Notes: generated from the sequence alone by a model not told the origin. A stretch of 64,000 bases of DNA from Variovorax sp. (GCA_965218415.1 CBDCKT010000003.1:1896904-1960903); one strand, 5' to 3'; numbered from the stretch's first letter, positions 1 to 12,574 are shown. Translations and numbers: made by a program.

Positions 1-1754
1 ACGATCGGCACCACCACGGGCAGCAGCGACGGAATCATCATTTCCTTGATCGCCGCGCCCGTCAGCATGCTCACCGCCCGGCCGTATTCGGGCTTGGCCG
101 TGCCTTCCATGATGCCGGGAATGTCGCGAAACTGCCTGCGCACTTCCTCGACCACCGAGCCGGCCGCGCGGCCCACGGCTTCCATCGCCATCGCGCCGAA
201 CAGGTAGGGAATCAGCCCGCCGATGAACAAGCCGACGATCACCATCGGGTCGCTCAGATTGAAGCTGATCGCCGAGCCGTACGCGTCGAGCTTGTGGGTG
301 TAGTCGGCGAACAGCACCAGCGCCGCGAGGCCGGCCGAGCCGATCGCGTAGCCCTTGGTCACCGCTTTGGTGGTGTTACCCACAGCGTCGAGCGGGTCGG
401 TGACAGCGCGCACGCTGTCGGGCAAGTTGCTCATCTCGGCGATGCCGCCGGCGTTGTCGGTGATCGGGCCGTAGGCATCGAGCGCAACCACGATGCCGGC
501 CATGCTCAGCATCGCGGTTGCGGCGGTGGCGATGCCGTAAAGGCCGCCCAGTTCGTAGGAACACAGGATCGCGATGCAGACCAGCACCACAGGATACGCG
601 GTCGAGCGCATCGACACGCCGAGCCCGGCGATGATGTTGGTGCCGTGGCCGGTGGTCGACGCGCGCGCGATGTGTTGCACCGGCTTGAACTGGGTGCCGG
701 TGTAGTACTCGGTCACCCACACCAGCGCGCCGGTCAGCGCCAGGCCGACGAAACAGGCGCCCCAAAGCCGCCAGACGCTGCCCGATTCAGCCACCGCATT
801 GCCGGGAATCAGCCACCACGTGACGAACAGGAACAGGATCAACGACAGGCCGCCGGCCACCGCGAGCCCCTTGTAGAGCGCCGGCATCACATTGACCATG
901 CCCGGCGACGCCTTGACGAAGAAGCATCCGACGATCGAAGCCAGGATCGAAACCGCGCCGAGTGCGAGCGGATACAAGACTGCGCCGGCTGGTGCATTGG
1001 TGATCGTCAGCGCACCCAGCACCATCGTCGCGATCAAGGTCACGGCGTAGGTTTCGAACAGGTCGGCCGCCATGCCGGCGCAGTCGCCGACGTTGTCGCC
1101 CACGTTGTCGGCGATCACGGCCGGATTGCGCGGGTCGTCCTCGGGAATGCCAGCTTCGACCTTGCCGACCAGGTCGGCGCCGACATCGGCGCCCTTGGTG
1201 AAAATACCGCCGCCGAGCCGCGCGAAGATCGAGATCAGCGACGAGCCGAAGGCGAAGCCGATCAGCGGGTTGAGCAATGTCGCGAGGTTGCCTCCGTCGC
1301 TGCCACCCGCGAGGAACCAGAAAAAGCCGGCGACGCCGAGCAGGCCGAGCCCGACCACCAGCATGCCGGTGATCGCGCCGCCCCTGAACGCGACGTCGAG
1401 CGCGGGGCCGATGCCCAAGGTCGCGGCTTGCGCGGTGCGCACGTTGGCGCGCACCGACACGTTCATGCCGATGAAGCCGCAGGCGCCCGAAAGCACCGCG
1501 CCGATGACGAAGCCGACGGCCGTCGTCAGGTCGAGAAAGATGGCGATCAGCACCGCGAGCACCAGTCCGACGATCGCGATCGTCGTGTATTGCTTGGCCA
1601 GATAGGCGGCCGCACCGGTCTGGATCGCGGCGGCGATCTCCTGCATGCGCGCGTTGCCCGCGTCCTTGGCAAGAATCCAGTTGCGGGCCCAGAAGCCATA
1701 CCCGACGGCCACGAGGCCGCACAGAATGGCGAGGACGAGAGGGGTATGGCTCAT
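1..1754 (-). CDS. hppA: Membrane-bound proton-translocating pyrophosphatase, K+-independent type; 3' end runs off the window
   Basis: Not in the ORF track (no stop in window). Manual minus-strand translation from ATG 1754 gives [45 protein letters not shown]. It contains [30 protein letters not shown] and [12 protein letters not shown] (Lys at the K+-independence position, 363-380). Confidence 0.95.
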   Translation of the reverse strand, partial: MSHTPLVLAILCGLVAVGYGFWARNWILAKDAGNARMQEIAAAIQTGAAAYLAKQYTTIAIVGLVLAVLIAIFLDLTTAVGFVIGAVLSGACGFIGMNVSVRANVRTAQAATLGIGPALDVAFRGGAITGMLVVGLGLLGVAGFFWFLAGGSDGGNLATLLNPLIGFAFGSSLISIFARLGGGIFTKGADVGADLVGKVEAGIPEDDPRNPAVIADNVGDNVGDCAGMAADLFETYAVTLIATMVLGALTITNAPAGAVLYPLALGAVSILASIVGCFFVKASPGMVNVMPALYKGLAVAGGLSLILFLFVTWWLIPGNAVAESGSVWRLWGACFVGLALTGALVWVTEYYTGTQFKPVQHIARASTTGHGTNIIAGLGVSMRSTAYPVVLVCIAILCSYELGGLYGIATAATAMLSMAGIVVALDAYGPITDNAGGIAEMSNLPDSVRAVTDPLDAVGNTTKAVTKGYAIGSAGLAALVLFADYTHKLDAYGSAISFNLSDPMVIVGLFIGGLIPYLFGAMAMEAVGRAAGSVVEEVRRQFRDIPGIMEGTAKPEYGRAVSMLTGAAIKEMMIPSLLPVVVPI

Positions 1755-2039
1755 GCGGGGCTTCTCCAGTGCTTTGTCCAGACATGTCGTGGTGACGACA
1801 ACGATCAGCGGGAGCACCAGCCGAAAGCGTGCAGGGAAAGCAACGCGATGGGACGGGAGCAGCCGCCGCGTTGCTTCCTCGAAGCTCCGTGCAAATAAGT
1901 ATCGGAGCCGATTGGCCAACGCGCGGAATTTACATGCAAAAGTGCGGGTTGCCCGTCGGCGCATGCCGGCCGATGGCTAAACTTCGGGTTTCTCCGCAGC
2001 CACGGTGCGACTGCGTCCCTATTTCTCTTTAAAAAAACC

Positions 2040-2567
2040 ATGGCTTTCGAAAAAGTATCTCCGGGCAAATCGATTCCCGACGAGTTCAACACCGTGATCG
2101 AAATTCCGATGAATTCCGACCCGATCAAGTACGAGGTCGACAAGGAATCGGGCGCAATCTTCGTCGACCGCTTCATGACCACCGCGATGTACTACCCGGC
2201 GAACTATGGCTATGTGCCGCAGACGCTGTCCGGCGACGGCGACCCGGTCGACGTGCTGGTCATCACGCCGTACCCGCTTCATCCCGGTGTCGTCGTGCCG
2301 TGCCGGCCGCTCGGCATTTTGATGATGGAAGACGAAGCCGGCGTCGACGGCAAGGTGCTCGCGGTGCCGACGACCAAGGTGTTGCCGATTTACAGCCACT
2401 GGATGAAGGTCGACGACGTGAACCAGATGCGCTTGCATGCGATCGCGCATTTCTTCGAGCACTACAAAGACCTTGAAGAAGGCAAGTGGGTCAAGGTGCT
2501 CGGCTGGGAAGGCGTCGATGCCGCGAAGAAGGAAATCATGGACGGGATTGCGAATTACAAAAAGTAG
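2040..2567 (+). CDS. ppa: Soluble inorganic pyrophosphatase, family I
   Basis: KYEVDK, YPANYG and DGDPVDV catalytic motifs; 175 aa. Confidence 0.97.
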   Translation: MAFEKVSPGKSIPDEFNTVIEIPMNSDPIKYEVDKESGAIFVDRFMTTAMYYPANYGYVPQTLSGDGDPVDVLVITPYPLHPGVVVPCRPLGILMMEDEAGVDGKVLAVPTTKVLPIYSHWMKVDDVNQMRLHAIAHFFEHYKDLEEGKWVKVLGWEGVDAAKKEIMDGIANYKK

Positions 2568-2594
2568 GCGCGCCCCGCTGCGCTTCGACAAGAT

Positions 2595-2626
2595 GCCCGC
2601 CCGGAATTCCGCAGCGGGTTTTTTTT
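2595..2626 (+). terminator. Probable intrinsic terminator after ppa
   Basis: cccgc...gcggg stem enclosing cggaattccg, followed by 8 T. Confidence 0.7.
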
Positions 2627-2796
2627 GGCAGCGGTCGGAGGACGCGAGCAGCAACAGAGGGACGCCGCATCTCGCGCTCGCACTATCAACTCGATCGAAC
2701 AATGACCATTTGGTATTTGTGTGAACTCATTGGTTTATATTGCAGTCACACCAGTTCTGGTGTCATTGCTTTTTCAATATTTCAAGGAGATTCCCT

Positions 2797-3255
2797 ATGA
2801 AGAAAACCCTCGTCGCACTGGCCATGGTGGCCGCTAGCGCCACCGCGTTTGCGCAAGACATCGTCGATACCGCCGTCAAGGCTGGCAACTTCACGACCTT
2901 GGTCACCGCAGTCAAGGCGGCTGGCCTGGTCGAAACCTTGAAAGGCCCGGGTCCGTTCACCGTGTTCGCGCCGACCGACGCCGCCTTCGCGAAAATTCCG
3001 AAGGCCACCCTCGACGGGCTGCTCGCCGACAAGGCGGCGTTGACCAGGGTACTGACCTACCACGTCGTTCCCGGCGCGGTGATGGCTGCGGATGTCAAGC
3101 CCGGCATGGTCAAGACCGTCGAAGGTCAGGAACTGAAGCTCGCCGCCTCGGGCGGCAAGGTGATGGTCAACGACGCCACCGTCGTCGCTGCGGACGTCAA
3201 AGCCAGCAATGGCGTGATTCACGCGATTGACACGGTGCTGATGCCGCCGAAGTGA
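2797..3255 (+). CDS. Secreted fasciclin (FAS1) domain protein
   Basis: Signal peptide [19 protein letters not shown]; [17 protein letters not shown] and [11 protein letters not shown] motifs; GGAG RBS before ATG 2797. Confidence 0.92.
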   Translation: MKKTLVALAMVAASATAFAQDIVDTAVKAGNFTTLVTAVKAAGLVETLKGPGPFTVFAPTDAAFAKIPKATLDGLLADKAALTRVLTYHVVPGAVMAADVKPGMVKTVEGQELKLAASGGKVMVNDATVVAADVKASNGVIHAIDTVLMPPK

Positions 3256-3292
3256 TTTCGCCGCGCGCGCTTTAAGCGACGCGCCGACAGAC

Positions 3293-3321
3293 AGGGGCCG
3301 GAGTATTCCGGCCCTTTTTTT
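3293..3321 (+). terminator. Intrinsic terminator after the fasciclin gene
   Basis: ggggccgga-gtat-tccggccc(t) stem followed by a T run. Confidence 0.85.
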
Positions 3322-3374
3322 ATTTGATGCGACCATGGCGACGAGCCGCCGGAAGCCTTCTGAACGCCGCCGAA

Positions 3375-4637
3375 TCAGCCGGCGTGCTCTGCGCCGTGCG
3401 GCGCGGAAGGCACTGCCTCGCCAGCGCTGCGAAACGGACTGCGGCCCTCGAGATGCTCCATGTAGTTCTCGATCCCCGCGCCCTCGCGCTCCAGAAAGCG
3501 CTCGATCGCATCGGCGAACGCCGGATGCGCGAGCCAGTGGGCGCTGGTGGTTTTGACCGGCATCAGCGCGCGCGCCATCTTGTGCTCGCCTTGCGCGCCG
3601 CCCTCGAAGCGCGTGATGCCGTGCGCGATGCACCACTCGAGCGGCTGGTAGTAGCAGGCTTCGAAGTGCAGGCAGTCGACGCGCTCGAGTGCGCCCCAGT
3701 AGCGGCCATACGCGACGCCTTGCGCGGAATTTGAATCAAAAGTGCTTGAAACGTCCGATGGGCCTGCGCTGACAGCTATCAAACTCGTAGCAATCGGATG
3801 ACCGTCGCGCTCGGCGATGAACATGAGCCAGGCTTCGGGCATGGTCTGCGCGGTGCGGCGGAAGAAGTCGCGCGTGAGGTAGGGCGCGTTGCCGTGCTCG
3901 CGGTAGGTGCGCGCATAGCAGCGGTAGAAAAAATCCCAGTCGGCGTCCGTGATGTCGGTGCCGAGAGACCAGCGAAAAGTAACGCCCGCGTCACGCACTT
4001 TGCGCCGCTCTTGCCTGATTTTTTTGCGTTTGTCGTGCGCGAGGCTGGCGAGGAAAGCGTCGAAGTCGGCAAACCGCTGCGGCGCGGCATGGCCGGGCAC
4101 CGTCGGCGCGATGTTCTGCCAGTGAAACTGCACTGTGTGCCGCAGCATCAATCCGGCGTCTTCGCAGGCGGCAATGTCCTCGTCGGCTGCGAACAGCAAG
4201 TGCAGCGACGACAGTTTTTCCTGCTCGCACCATTGAACGAGACCATTGACCAGCAACACCCGGCTTTCGGCGTCGCGCGCAAGCAGCCGTGCGCCCGGCA
4301 CCGGCGTGAACGGCACTGCGACCAGCGCCTTCGGGTAGTAGGCGAGACCGTGCTGCTCGTAGGCGTTGGCCCACGCCCAGTCGAACACGTACTCGCCGGA
4401 AGAATGCGACTTCAGATAGACCGGGCAGGCCGCTTCGATTGACTCGCCACGGTGCAAGGTGACGAACGCGGCTTGCCAGCCGCGCTCGGGCGTTGCGCTG
4501 CCGCTTTCGTGCAGCGCGCTCAGGTATTCGTGCCGCATGAACGGCGACGGGGATGACTGCAGCGCGAGCAGGTCGTTCCACGCGGCCTCGTCGATTTCCA
4601 ACGGCGAGTGGTGAATGCGCAAAAAAAGATCGGTCAA
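3375..4637 (-). CDS. FemAB-like GNAT family protein (DUF482 type), carries an in-frame repeat copy
   Basis: HSSGEYVFDWAWA, GRYWG, CLHFEACYYQ and FEGGAQGEHK motifs; start placed at TTG 4637 (inferred). Confidence 0.85.
   Translation of the reverse strand: MTDLFLRIHHSPLEIDEAAWNDLLALQSSPSPFMRHEYLSALHESGSATPERGWQAAFVTLHRGESIEAACPVYLKSHSSGEYVFDWAWANAYEQHGLAYYPKALVAVPFTPVPGARLLARDAESRVLLVNGLVQWCEQEKLSSLHLLFAADEDIAACEDAGLMLRHTVQFHWQNIAPTVPGHAAPQRFADFDAFLASLAHDKRKKIRQERRKVRDAGVTFRWSLGTDITDADWDFFYRCYARTYREHGNAPYLTRDFFRRTAQTMPEAWLMFIAERDGHPIATSLIAVSAGPSDVSSTFDSNSAQGVAYGRYWGALERVDCLHFEACYYQPLEWCIAHGITRFEGGAQGEHKMARALMPVKTTSAHWLAHPAFADAIERFLEREGAGIENYMEHLEGRSPFRSAGEAVPSAPHGAEHAG
3728..3791 (+). repeat. 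64-bp dispersed repeat, copy 1 (inside the GNAT CDS, antisense)
   Basis: AATTTGAATCAAAAGTGCTTGAAACGTCCGATGGGCCTGCGCTGACAGCTATCAAACTCGTAGC. Confidence 0.85.
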
Positions 4638-4795
4638 ATGCGGAATCGGGCGGTACGGCAGGAGGCGACAGTGTAGGAACGATTGTGAAACCCTGCGCCG
4701 CGCGGGCCGTGCGCCGAAGCTTCGATGCCGCCGCGGCACGCCGAATAAGATCGTGCTTCGCTTTTGCTCCTGACACTGCCTCGACCCGCTTGCCC

Positions 4796-6858
<2,063 letters not shown>

Positions 6859-6886
6859 GGCCGCCTGCGTCAACCAATTCCAGGCT

Positions 6887-7507
6887 TCAGATTTTTTCGG
6901 CCAGCGCTCCGGGTGGATGCGCATCGCCGCCGCGCAAAACCAGCCACTGAAGCAGCGCTTGTGCATCGTCGTCGACACGCACCAGCCCGCGCTGCCATTG
7001 GCCCATGAATCCGGCTTCGATGCTCTGGTCGATCAAGACTAGCAGCGGGTCGTAGTAGCCGGCCATGTTCAGGATGCCGATCGGCTTGTCGTGATAGCCG
7101 AGCTGGCGCCAGGTCCAGACTTCGAACAGCTCCTCGAAAGTGCCGATGCCACCCGGCAGTGCCAGAAACGCATCGGCGCGCTCGCCCATCATCGCCTTGC
7201 GCTGATGCATGTTGTCGACCACGTGCAGTTCGTCGCATCGGGCGTTGGCGACTTCCTTGTCGACCAGTGCCTTCGGAATGATGCCGACCACCCGCCCGCC
7301 TGCTGCCCGCGTGGCCTCGGCGACCGCGCCCATGAGCCCGGTGCGGCCGCCGCCATAGATCAATTGGCCGCCGCGTTCGCCGATCCAGCGACCGACGGTC
7401 TGCGCCGCTTCGGTGTGGAGCACATCCCGACCGGGTCGCGAACCGCAATAAACACAGAGCGAAAACGCCGGGCTTGGCGCTGTTGCTTCAGATTTCGGGT
7501 CGGTCAT
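6887..7507 (-). CDS. LOG-family (TIGR00730-type) Rossmann-fold protein
   Basis: CVYCGSR, YGGGRTGLMG and PGGIGTFEE motifs; start at ATG 7507. Confidence 0.92.
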   Translation of the reverse strand: MTDPKSEATAPSPAFSLCVYCGSRPGRDVLHTEAAQTVGRWIGERGGQLIYGGGRTGLMGAVAEATRAAGGRVVGIIPKALVDKEVANARCDELHVVDNMHQRKAMMGERADAFLALPGGIGTFEELFEVWTWRQLGYHDKPIGILNMAGYYDPLLVLIDQSIEAGFMGQWQRGLVRVDDDAQALLQWLVLRGGDAHPPGALAEKI

Positions 7508-7517
7508 CGTGCGGCGC

Positions 7518-7946
7518 TCACGAAAGAAAGCGCTGCCAGAGCGCCGCCAGCCAAATTCCAGCGCACAAGAGCAGCGACAGCAGAACCGCGGCGCTGCCCA
7601 TGTCCTTGGCGCGCTTGGACAGCGCATGCCATTCGGGCCCGACCCGATCGATCGCCGCTTCGACCGCGGTGTTGAGCAACTCGACGATGAGCACCAGCAG
7701 CGCGCTGCCCGCGAGTACCGCGACCTCGACCCAGCCGCGGCCGACCCAGAGCGATAAGGGCAGCAACACGATCGCGCCGATCGCCTCCTGGCGGAAGGCG
7801 GTTTCGCCGAGGCCGGCGCGCAACCCGTCCAGCGAGATCAGCGTGGCATGCCAGACGCGGTGCAGGCCGGTTCGTCCCGCCTGTGGATTGGCAGGCGCAG
7901 GTGCGTTCGAATGGTCGGTGGATTCGCCGCGCTTGGAGTGATTCAT
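7518..7946 (-). CDS. dgkA: Diacylglycerol kinase (DgkA family)
   Basis: ETAFRQE, VELLNTAVEAAIDR and KRAKDMGSAAV motifs. Confidence 0.93.
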   Translation of the reverse strand: MNHSKRGESTDHSNAPAPANPQAGRTGLHRVWHATLISLDGLRAGLGETAFRQEAIGAIVLLPLSLWVGRGWVEVAVLAGSALLVLIVELLNTAVEAAIDRVGPEWHALSKRAKDMGSAAVLLSLLLCAGIWLAALWQRFLS

Positions 7947-7975
7947 CCATTTCGTCGCATCTTGGCGCTTCGGCT

Positions 7976-8563
7976 TCAAACGCCGGCCGGCGAACGCTTG
8001 TCCGATGGAATCAGACGCGTGCCGGCCCACACGTCGTGCCAGAACTGGCCTTGAGGCTGAAAGCGCGACAAAAGCGCCCAGACCGCGACCCAGCCGGACA
8101 CCAGCAGCGCGACTTCCGCGCCGGACAGCGCGAAAGGCGTCACCGCCGCCAGCGGCGGCAGAAACCAGACCCAGCAGAGCAGGTAGCGCCGCAGCGCGCG
8201 CCATTGGGTCAGCGGGCGGCCATTCGCATCGACGATTTGCACGCCCCAGGTTTTCATCGCCAAAGTTTGCCCCTTCGCCCAGAACCAGGTGAAGTAAACG
8301 CCGAACACGATGAAAACGAAGGCCTGGAGCAGATGCCGGCGTGCATCCATCGCATCGCGCATCTGGCCCAACGTGCTGAAAAGCCAACCCGCGACGAACA
8401 CCACCGCGAACAGCAGCATGCCTTCATAGAGCCAGGCGGCCATTCGACGCCCGAGCCCGGGCGCTATTAAATCGATAGCTGTCTGCGCACGTCCAGACTG
8501 GGCTAAAGGCCTTTTTGATTCATAAATCTCGGATTTTGGAGGCAGCGCGTCGTGATCGGACAT
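7976..8563 (-). CDS. RDD family membrane protein, N-terminus carries an in-frame repeat copy
   Basis: RRMAAWLYE, GQTLAMKTWG and WHDVWAGT RDD motifs. Confidence 0.88.
   Translation of the reverse strand: MSDHDALPPKSEIYESKRPLAQSGRAQTAIDLIAPGLGRRMAAWLYEGMLLFAVVFVAGWLFSTLGQMRDAMDARRHLLQAFVFIVFGVYFTWFWAKGQTLAMKTWGVQIVDANGRPLTQWRALRRYLLCWVWFLPPLAAVTPFALSGAEVALLVSGWVAVWALLSRFQPQGQFWHDVWAGTRLIPSDKRSPAGV
8463..8526 (-). repeat. 64-bp dispersed repeat, copy 3 (in frame in the RDD N-terminus)
   Basis: Reverse complement TTTATGAATCAAAAAGGCCTTTAGCCCAGTCTGGACGTGCGCAGACAGCTATCGATTTAATAGC, encoding YESKRPLAQSGRAQTAIDLIA. Confidence 0.9.
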
Positions 8564-8573
8564 CGCTGCGACT

Positions 8574-9350
8574 TTATCGCGGGTCGGGCGTCGACCGGGT
8601 CGGAATGTCGCGCGGACTGGCGTCGAGCTCGGCCGGTTCACGCTCGCCCCGAAGCGCCGGCGGCTGCGCGCGCTGAGCCGCGAGCGGCGGCCCGAGCTGG
8701 ATGCGCGCGCTGTGCGCACCGCGCCCCGATGCCGGCGGCGGCAACTGGATTTGCTTTTGGGCCGACGCCGGCCGGGTCGCGACTGCGGCGCCCCGTGGCG
8801 TTTGTGCTGCCTTGGCCGCCAGGTCGTTCTTCTGCTTTTCCGACAGCGCCTGGTAGGCCGCCCACTTTTCCTTGCGATCCTGCGGCGAAAGGCGCTTGAC
8901 CTCGGCGAAGTTGAGTCGGGCCTGCGCGCGCTGCCGCGGACTCAAGGCAGCCCAGTCGGTCATGCGGCTGTGCAGCATCGCCTGCTCCGGGGCCGGCAAG
9001 TCGGCGAAGTCACGCGACAACGCGAGCCACTTGCGCTTTTGCGGGTCGCTCAGCAGATTCCAGTGGGCGGCGAGCGGCTGCAAAGCGGCTTTCTGGGCAT
9101 CGGTCAGCTCCGACCACAGCGGGCCGGAACGCGCCGTTTTCGATGGCGCTGCATTGGCCTTCGGGCTGGTTGGCGCAGCCGCTGCCGCGCTGGCGGGCCT
9201 GGCTCCGCTCACTGCGGTTGCCGCAGCAGGCGTGGCCGGCGCGGCAGCCGGCTGCGCGTTGGCCGAGAACGCGATCAAAACGCAGCCCGGCAAAGCGGCC
9301 AGTACCAGCCGACGAAAGTGTCGAGGTTCCGTCGTCAGGCGCACAGGCAT
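8574..9350 (-). CDS. DUF3106-like exported protein
   Basis: Signal peptide, Ala/Pro-rich linker, W-rich helical repeats (WSELTDAQKAALQPLAAHW, WAALSPRQR); third gene of the ECF operon. Confidence 0.8.
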   Translation of the reverse strand: MPVRLTTEPRHFRRLVLAALPGCVLIAFSANAQPAAAPATPAAATAVSGARPASAAAAAPTSPKANAAPSKTARSGPLWSELTDAQKAALQPLAAHWNLLSDPQKRKWLALSRDFADLPAPEQAMLHSRMTDWAALSPRQRAQARLNFAEVKRLSPQDRKEKWAAYQALSEKQKNDLAAKAAQTPRGAAVATRPASAQKQIQLPPPASGRGAHSARIQLGPPLAAQRAQPPALRGEREPAELDASPRDIPTRSTPDPR

Positions 9351-9367
9351 CGGCGCGTCCGGGTCGG

Positions 9368-9814
9368 TCAGCGCGCGGAGCCGCTGGTCTTCAGGAACTG
9401 CGCGAAACCGGGATCGGTGAAGGCGGCCGGAGGCAGATCGCCGGTGAGCAGCGCGATATCGACTTCAGCCGCTTCGCTTGCGCGGTTGTCGTCCTGCAAG
9501 GTGTCGATCGCGATCAGGCCCGCCACCAGCGCGACCAGCGGAAGCGCAAAGCCGATCCGCGTCCACCAACCCGAAAACCCGCCGCTCTGCGACGCACCGG
9601 CAGCCGAGGACACGACCGCCGCGGAAGCAGGCCGCAACGCCGAACGCGGGGAGGGCGCCAGCTGGCGTCGCGCGAGCGCCTGGACCCGGGCCGCGCGAAG
9701 CCTTTCAGCCACGTCGTGCGGAAGATCGTCGGCGCCATTCGACAGGCGCGCTGCAATCAGGCGGCCGAAGCGTTCTTCCGAGGTCGCCTGAGCCGGCGAA
9801 ACTGTGATGTTCAT
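9368..9814 (-). CDS. DUF3619-like single-TM protein, probable anti-sigma factor
   Basis: LPHDVAERLRAARVQAL; one TM; DIALLTGDLPPAAFTDPGF; ATGA overlap with the sigma gene. Confidence 0.8.
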   Translation of the reverse strand: MNITVSPAQATSEERFGRLIAARLSNGADDLPHDVAERLRAARVQALARRQLAPSPRSALRPASAAVVSSAAGASQSGGFSGWWTRIGFALPLVALVAGLIAIDTLQDDNRASEAAEVDIALLTGDLPPAAFTDPGFAQFLKTSGSAR

Positions 9815-10377
9815 AACGCGATTCCCTTGGCCTTGAGGGCTTTGCCGAGCGCCCCGACGGCGCGCGAGCAGTGGGTTTTGACGCTCCCCTCCGAGCAGCC
9901 CATGGCGGCCGCCGTTTCGGCGACATCCATCTCTTCCCAATAACGCAGAAGGAAGGCTTCACGTTGACGCGCCGGCAACAAGGCAATTTCGGCCTCGATC
10001 TCGCGGAAAACCTGAGCGCGTCGGGTCGTGTCTTCGGCGCTTTCGGATTCGCGCGAATCGACCGGCGCGTTGTAGCTTTCGAGCAGATTGAAATCGCCAT
10101 CGTCGTCGGCTGGCTCGAAATCGCTCAGGTTCGAGAACAACGCGCGCCGGCTTTTCTGGCGCCGAAACCAGTCGAGCGTGCAGTTCGACAGGATGCGCTG
10201 AAACAGCATCGGCAACTCGCCCGGCGGCTTGGCGCCATAGTGCTCGGCGAGCTTCATCATGCTGTCCTGCACGATGTCGAGTGCGGCTTCCTGGTCGCGC
10301 ACGTGATAGACCGAGCGCTTGAAGGCTCGCTTTTCGACGCTCCTGAGGAAGTCGGAGAGTTCTTGTTCGGTGGCCAA
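9811..10377 (-). CDS. ECF RNA polymerase sigma factor
   Basis: Region 2 (ALDIVQDSMMKL, FQRILSNCTLDWFRR) and region 4 (LPARQREAFLLRYWEEM...SVKTHCSRA); TTG start inferred. Confidence 0.92.
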   Translation of the reverse strand: MATEQELSDFLRSVEKRAFKRSVYHVRDQEAALDIVQDSMMKLAEHYGAKPPGELPMLFQRILSNCTLDWFRRQKSRRALFSNLSDFEPADDDGDFNLLESYNAPVDSRESESAEDTTRRAQVFREIEAEIALLPARQREAFLLRYWEEMDVAETAAAMGCSEGSVKTHCSRAVGALGKALKAKGIAL

Positions 10378-10526
10378 GCGTGAGGTGCGGCGGGTCTCGG
10401 CGCGAAAAACGCGCAACCGCAGGGCGCGTGGTGCGGCGCGAGCGGGGCGGATCGCTTCTGTTCTTCTGTGGAGGCGCGGATTATGGCATCGGGCATCCCG
10501 CTTCAACGCCCATCGGGTTCGGCTTG

Positions 10527-10562
10527 CACGCGCATCACGCGCATCACGCGCATCACGCGCAG
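10527..10562. repeat. 9-bp tandem repeat (cacgcgcat)x4 between the divergent sigma and ilvI genes
   Basis: cacgcgcat cacgcgcat cacgcgcat cacgcgcag. Confidence 0.9.
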
Positions 10563-10768
10563 CAGCGAAGCCGGGGAGGCGCAATGCCATAATTCCGCCT
10601 CGCGGCTCCAGCGGTCGCAATGCGCACAAGCAGACAGCAAACGGATCACGGTCCGGCGGAGCGATCCCTTCCGCCCATGGCCCTGGTCTCAAGTCCTGAC
10701 GCGGTTTCACAAGAGCCGGCAAGGGGCACCGAAGGTTTTTCGTTCCCGAACAAACGCAAAGGTTCATC

Positions 10769-12565
10769 ATGGAAATCTCAAGAGCGGAGCTCTCCTCCGC
10801 GGCCGCCGCATCCAGCGCGATGGCCAGCAATCCCGAACAGAACACCGAAGATTTGATGGGCGCCGAAGTGCTGATCAGGGCGCTTCAAGCCGAAGGCGTC
10901 AAGTACATCTGGGGCTATCCTGGCGGCGCGGTGCTCTACATCTACGACGCGCTCTACAAGCAGGACACTATGCAACATGTGCTGGTGCGCCACGAGCAGG
11001 CGGCGGTGCATGCAGCCGATGGCTACGCGCGTGCGACGGGCGATGTCGGCGTGGCGCTGGTCACGTCCGGGCCGGGGCTGACCAATGCGGTCACGGGGCT
11101 GGCAACCGCTTATATGGATTCGGTTCCAATGGTCGTCATCTCGGGCCAGGTGCCGACGCACGCGATCGGGCTCGATGCGTTTCAGGAGTGCGACACGGTC
11201 GGCATCACGCGGCCGGTGGTCAAACACAACTTCCTGGTCAAGGACGCGCGCGACCTCGCGATGACGATGAAAAAGGCTTTTCACATCGCGCGCACCGGCC
11301 GGCCCGGACCGGTGGTGGTCGATGTGCCGAAGGACGTGTCTTTCAAGAAGGTGCCCTATACCGGCTATCCCGACAAAGTCGAGATGCGCTCGTACAACCC
11401 GGTCAAAAAAGGCCACGGCGGGCAGATTCGCAAGGCGTTGCAACTGCTGCTGAATGCGAAGCGGCCCTACATCTATACCGGCGGCGGCGTGCTTTTGAGC
11501 AATGCTTCCACCGAGTTGCGCAGCTTGGTCGACATGCTCGGCTATCCGGTGACCAACACCTTGATGGGGCTGGGCGCGTATCCGGCGAGCTCTGCGAAGT
11601 TCCTCGGCATGCTCGGCATGCACGGCACGATCGAGGCCAACAACGCGATGCAGAACTGCGACGTGCTGCTGGCCGTAGGCGCCCGATTCGACGACCGGGT
11701 CATCGGCAACCCCAAGCACTTCGCGCAGAACGAACGCAAGATCATCCATATCGACATCGATCCGTCGAGCATCTCGAAGCGGGTCAAGGTCGATATTCCG
11801 ATCGTCGGCGACGTGAAAGACGTGCTCACCGAATTGATCACGATGATCAAGGAATCGGCCGCGAAGCCCGATGCCCATGCCCTCGGCCAATGGTGGAACA
11901 CGATCGAAGCCTGGCGCGGGCGCGATTGCCTCCGATACGACCGCGGCAACAAGGACGTCATCAAGCCGCAGATGGTGGTCGAGACGCTCTGGAACATGAC
12001 CAAGGATGTCGATACCTACATCACGTCCGACGTCGGCCAGCACCAGATGTGGGCCGCGCAGTACTACCGTTTCGACGAGCCGCGCCGCTGGATCAATTCG
12101 GGCGGGCTCGGCACGATGGGCGTCGGCATTCCGTATGCGATGGGCATCAAGTTGGCCAAACCCGAGAGCGAAGTGTTCTGCATTACCGGCGAAGGCTCGG
12201 TCCAGATGTGCATTCAGGAACTGTCGACCTGCTTGCAGTACAACACGCCGATCAAGATCGTTTCGCTCAACAACCGCTACCTCGGCATGGTGCGGCAGTG
12301 GCAGGAAATCGAATACTCGGGCCGCTACAGCCACAGCTACATGGATGCGCTGCCCAACTTCGTGAAGCTCGCCGAAGCCTACGGCCATGTCGGCATGCTG
12401 ATCGAGCGCCCGCAAGACGTCGAGCCGGCATTGCGCGAAGCCCGCAAGCTCAAGGACCGCACCGTGTTCATGGACTTCCGCACCGACCCGACCGAAAACG
12501 TGTTCCCGATGGTCAAGGCGGGAGCGGGCATCACGGAAATGCTGCTGGGCAGCGAAGATCTCTAA
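10769..12565 (+). CDS. ilvI: Acetolactate synthase (AHAS) large subunit
   Basis: GYPGGA, RHEQAA, TSGPG, DVGQHQMW, SGGLGTMG and GEGSVQM motifs. Confidence 0.97.
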   Translation: MEISRAELSSAAAASSAMASNPEQNTEDLMGAEVLIRALQAEGVKYIWGYPGGAVLYIYDALYKQDTMQHVLVRHEQAAVHAADGYARATGDVGVALVTSGPGLTNAVTGLATAYMDSVPMVVISGQVPTHAIGLDAFQECDTVGITRPVVKHNFLVKDARDLAMTMKKAFHIARTGRPGPVVVDVPKDVSFKKVPYTGYPDKVEMRSYNPVKKGHGGQIRKALQLLLNAKRPYIYTGGGVLLSNASTELRSLVDMLGYPVTNTLMGLGAYPASSAKFLGMLGMHGTIEANNAMQNCDVLLAVGARFDDRVIGNPKHFAQNERKIIHIDIDPSSISKRVKVDIPIVGDVKDVLTELITMIKESAAKPDAHALGQWWNTIEAWRGRDCLRYDRGNKDVIKPQMVVETLWNMTKDVDTYITSDVGQHQMWAAQYYRFDEPRRWINSGGLGTMGVGIPYAMGIKLAKPESEVFCITGEGSVQMCIQELSTCLQYNTPIKIVSLNNRYLGMVRQWQEIEYSGRYSHSYMDALPNFVKLAEAYGHVGMLIERPQDVEPALREARKLKDRTVFMDFRTDPTENVFPMVKAGAGITEMLLGSEDL

Positions 12566-12574
12566 TACGAACAG

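Noticed and set aside
294-1898. 534-aa plus-strand ORF and the many other long Arg/Ala-rich ORFs in the track (e.g. 10468-12954, 13271-15226, 20878-22476, 55994-57967)
   Set aside because: Antisense or off-frame shadows of recognisable genes in GC-rich DNA; no family motifs.
10483-10562. TRITRITRI as an Ile/Thr attenuator leader for ilvI
   Set aside because: It comes from a 9-bp DNA tandem repeat; that frame has no nearby stop and no terminator with a U-tract follows.
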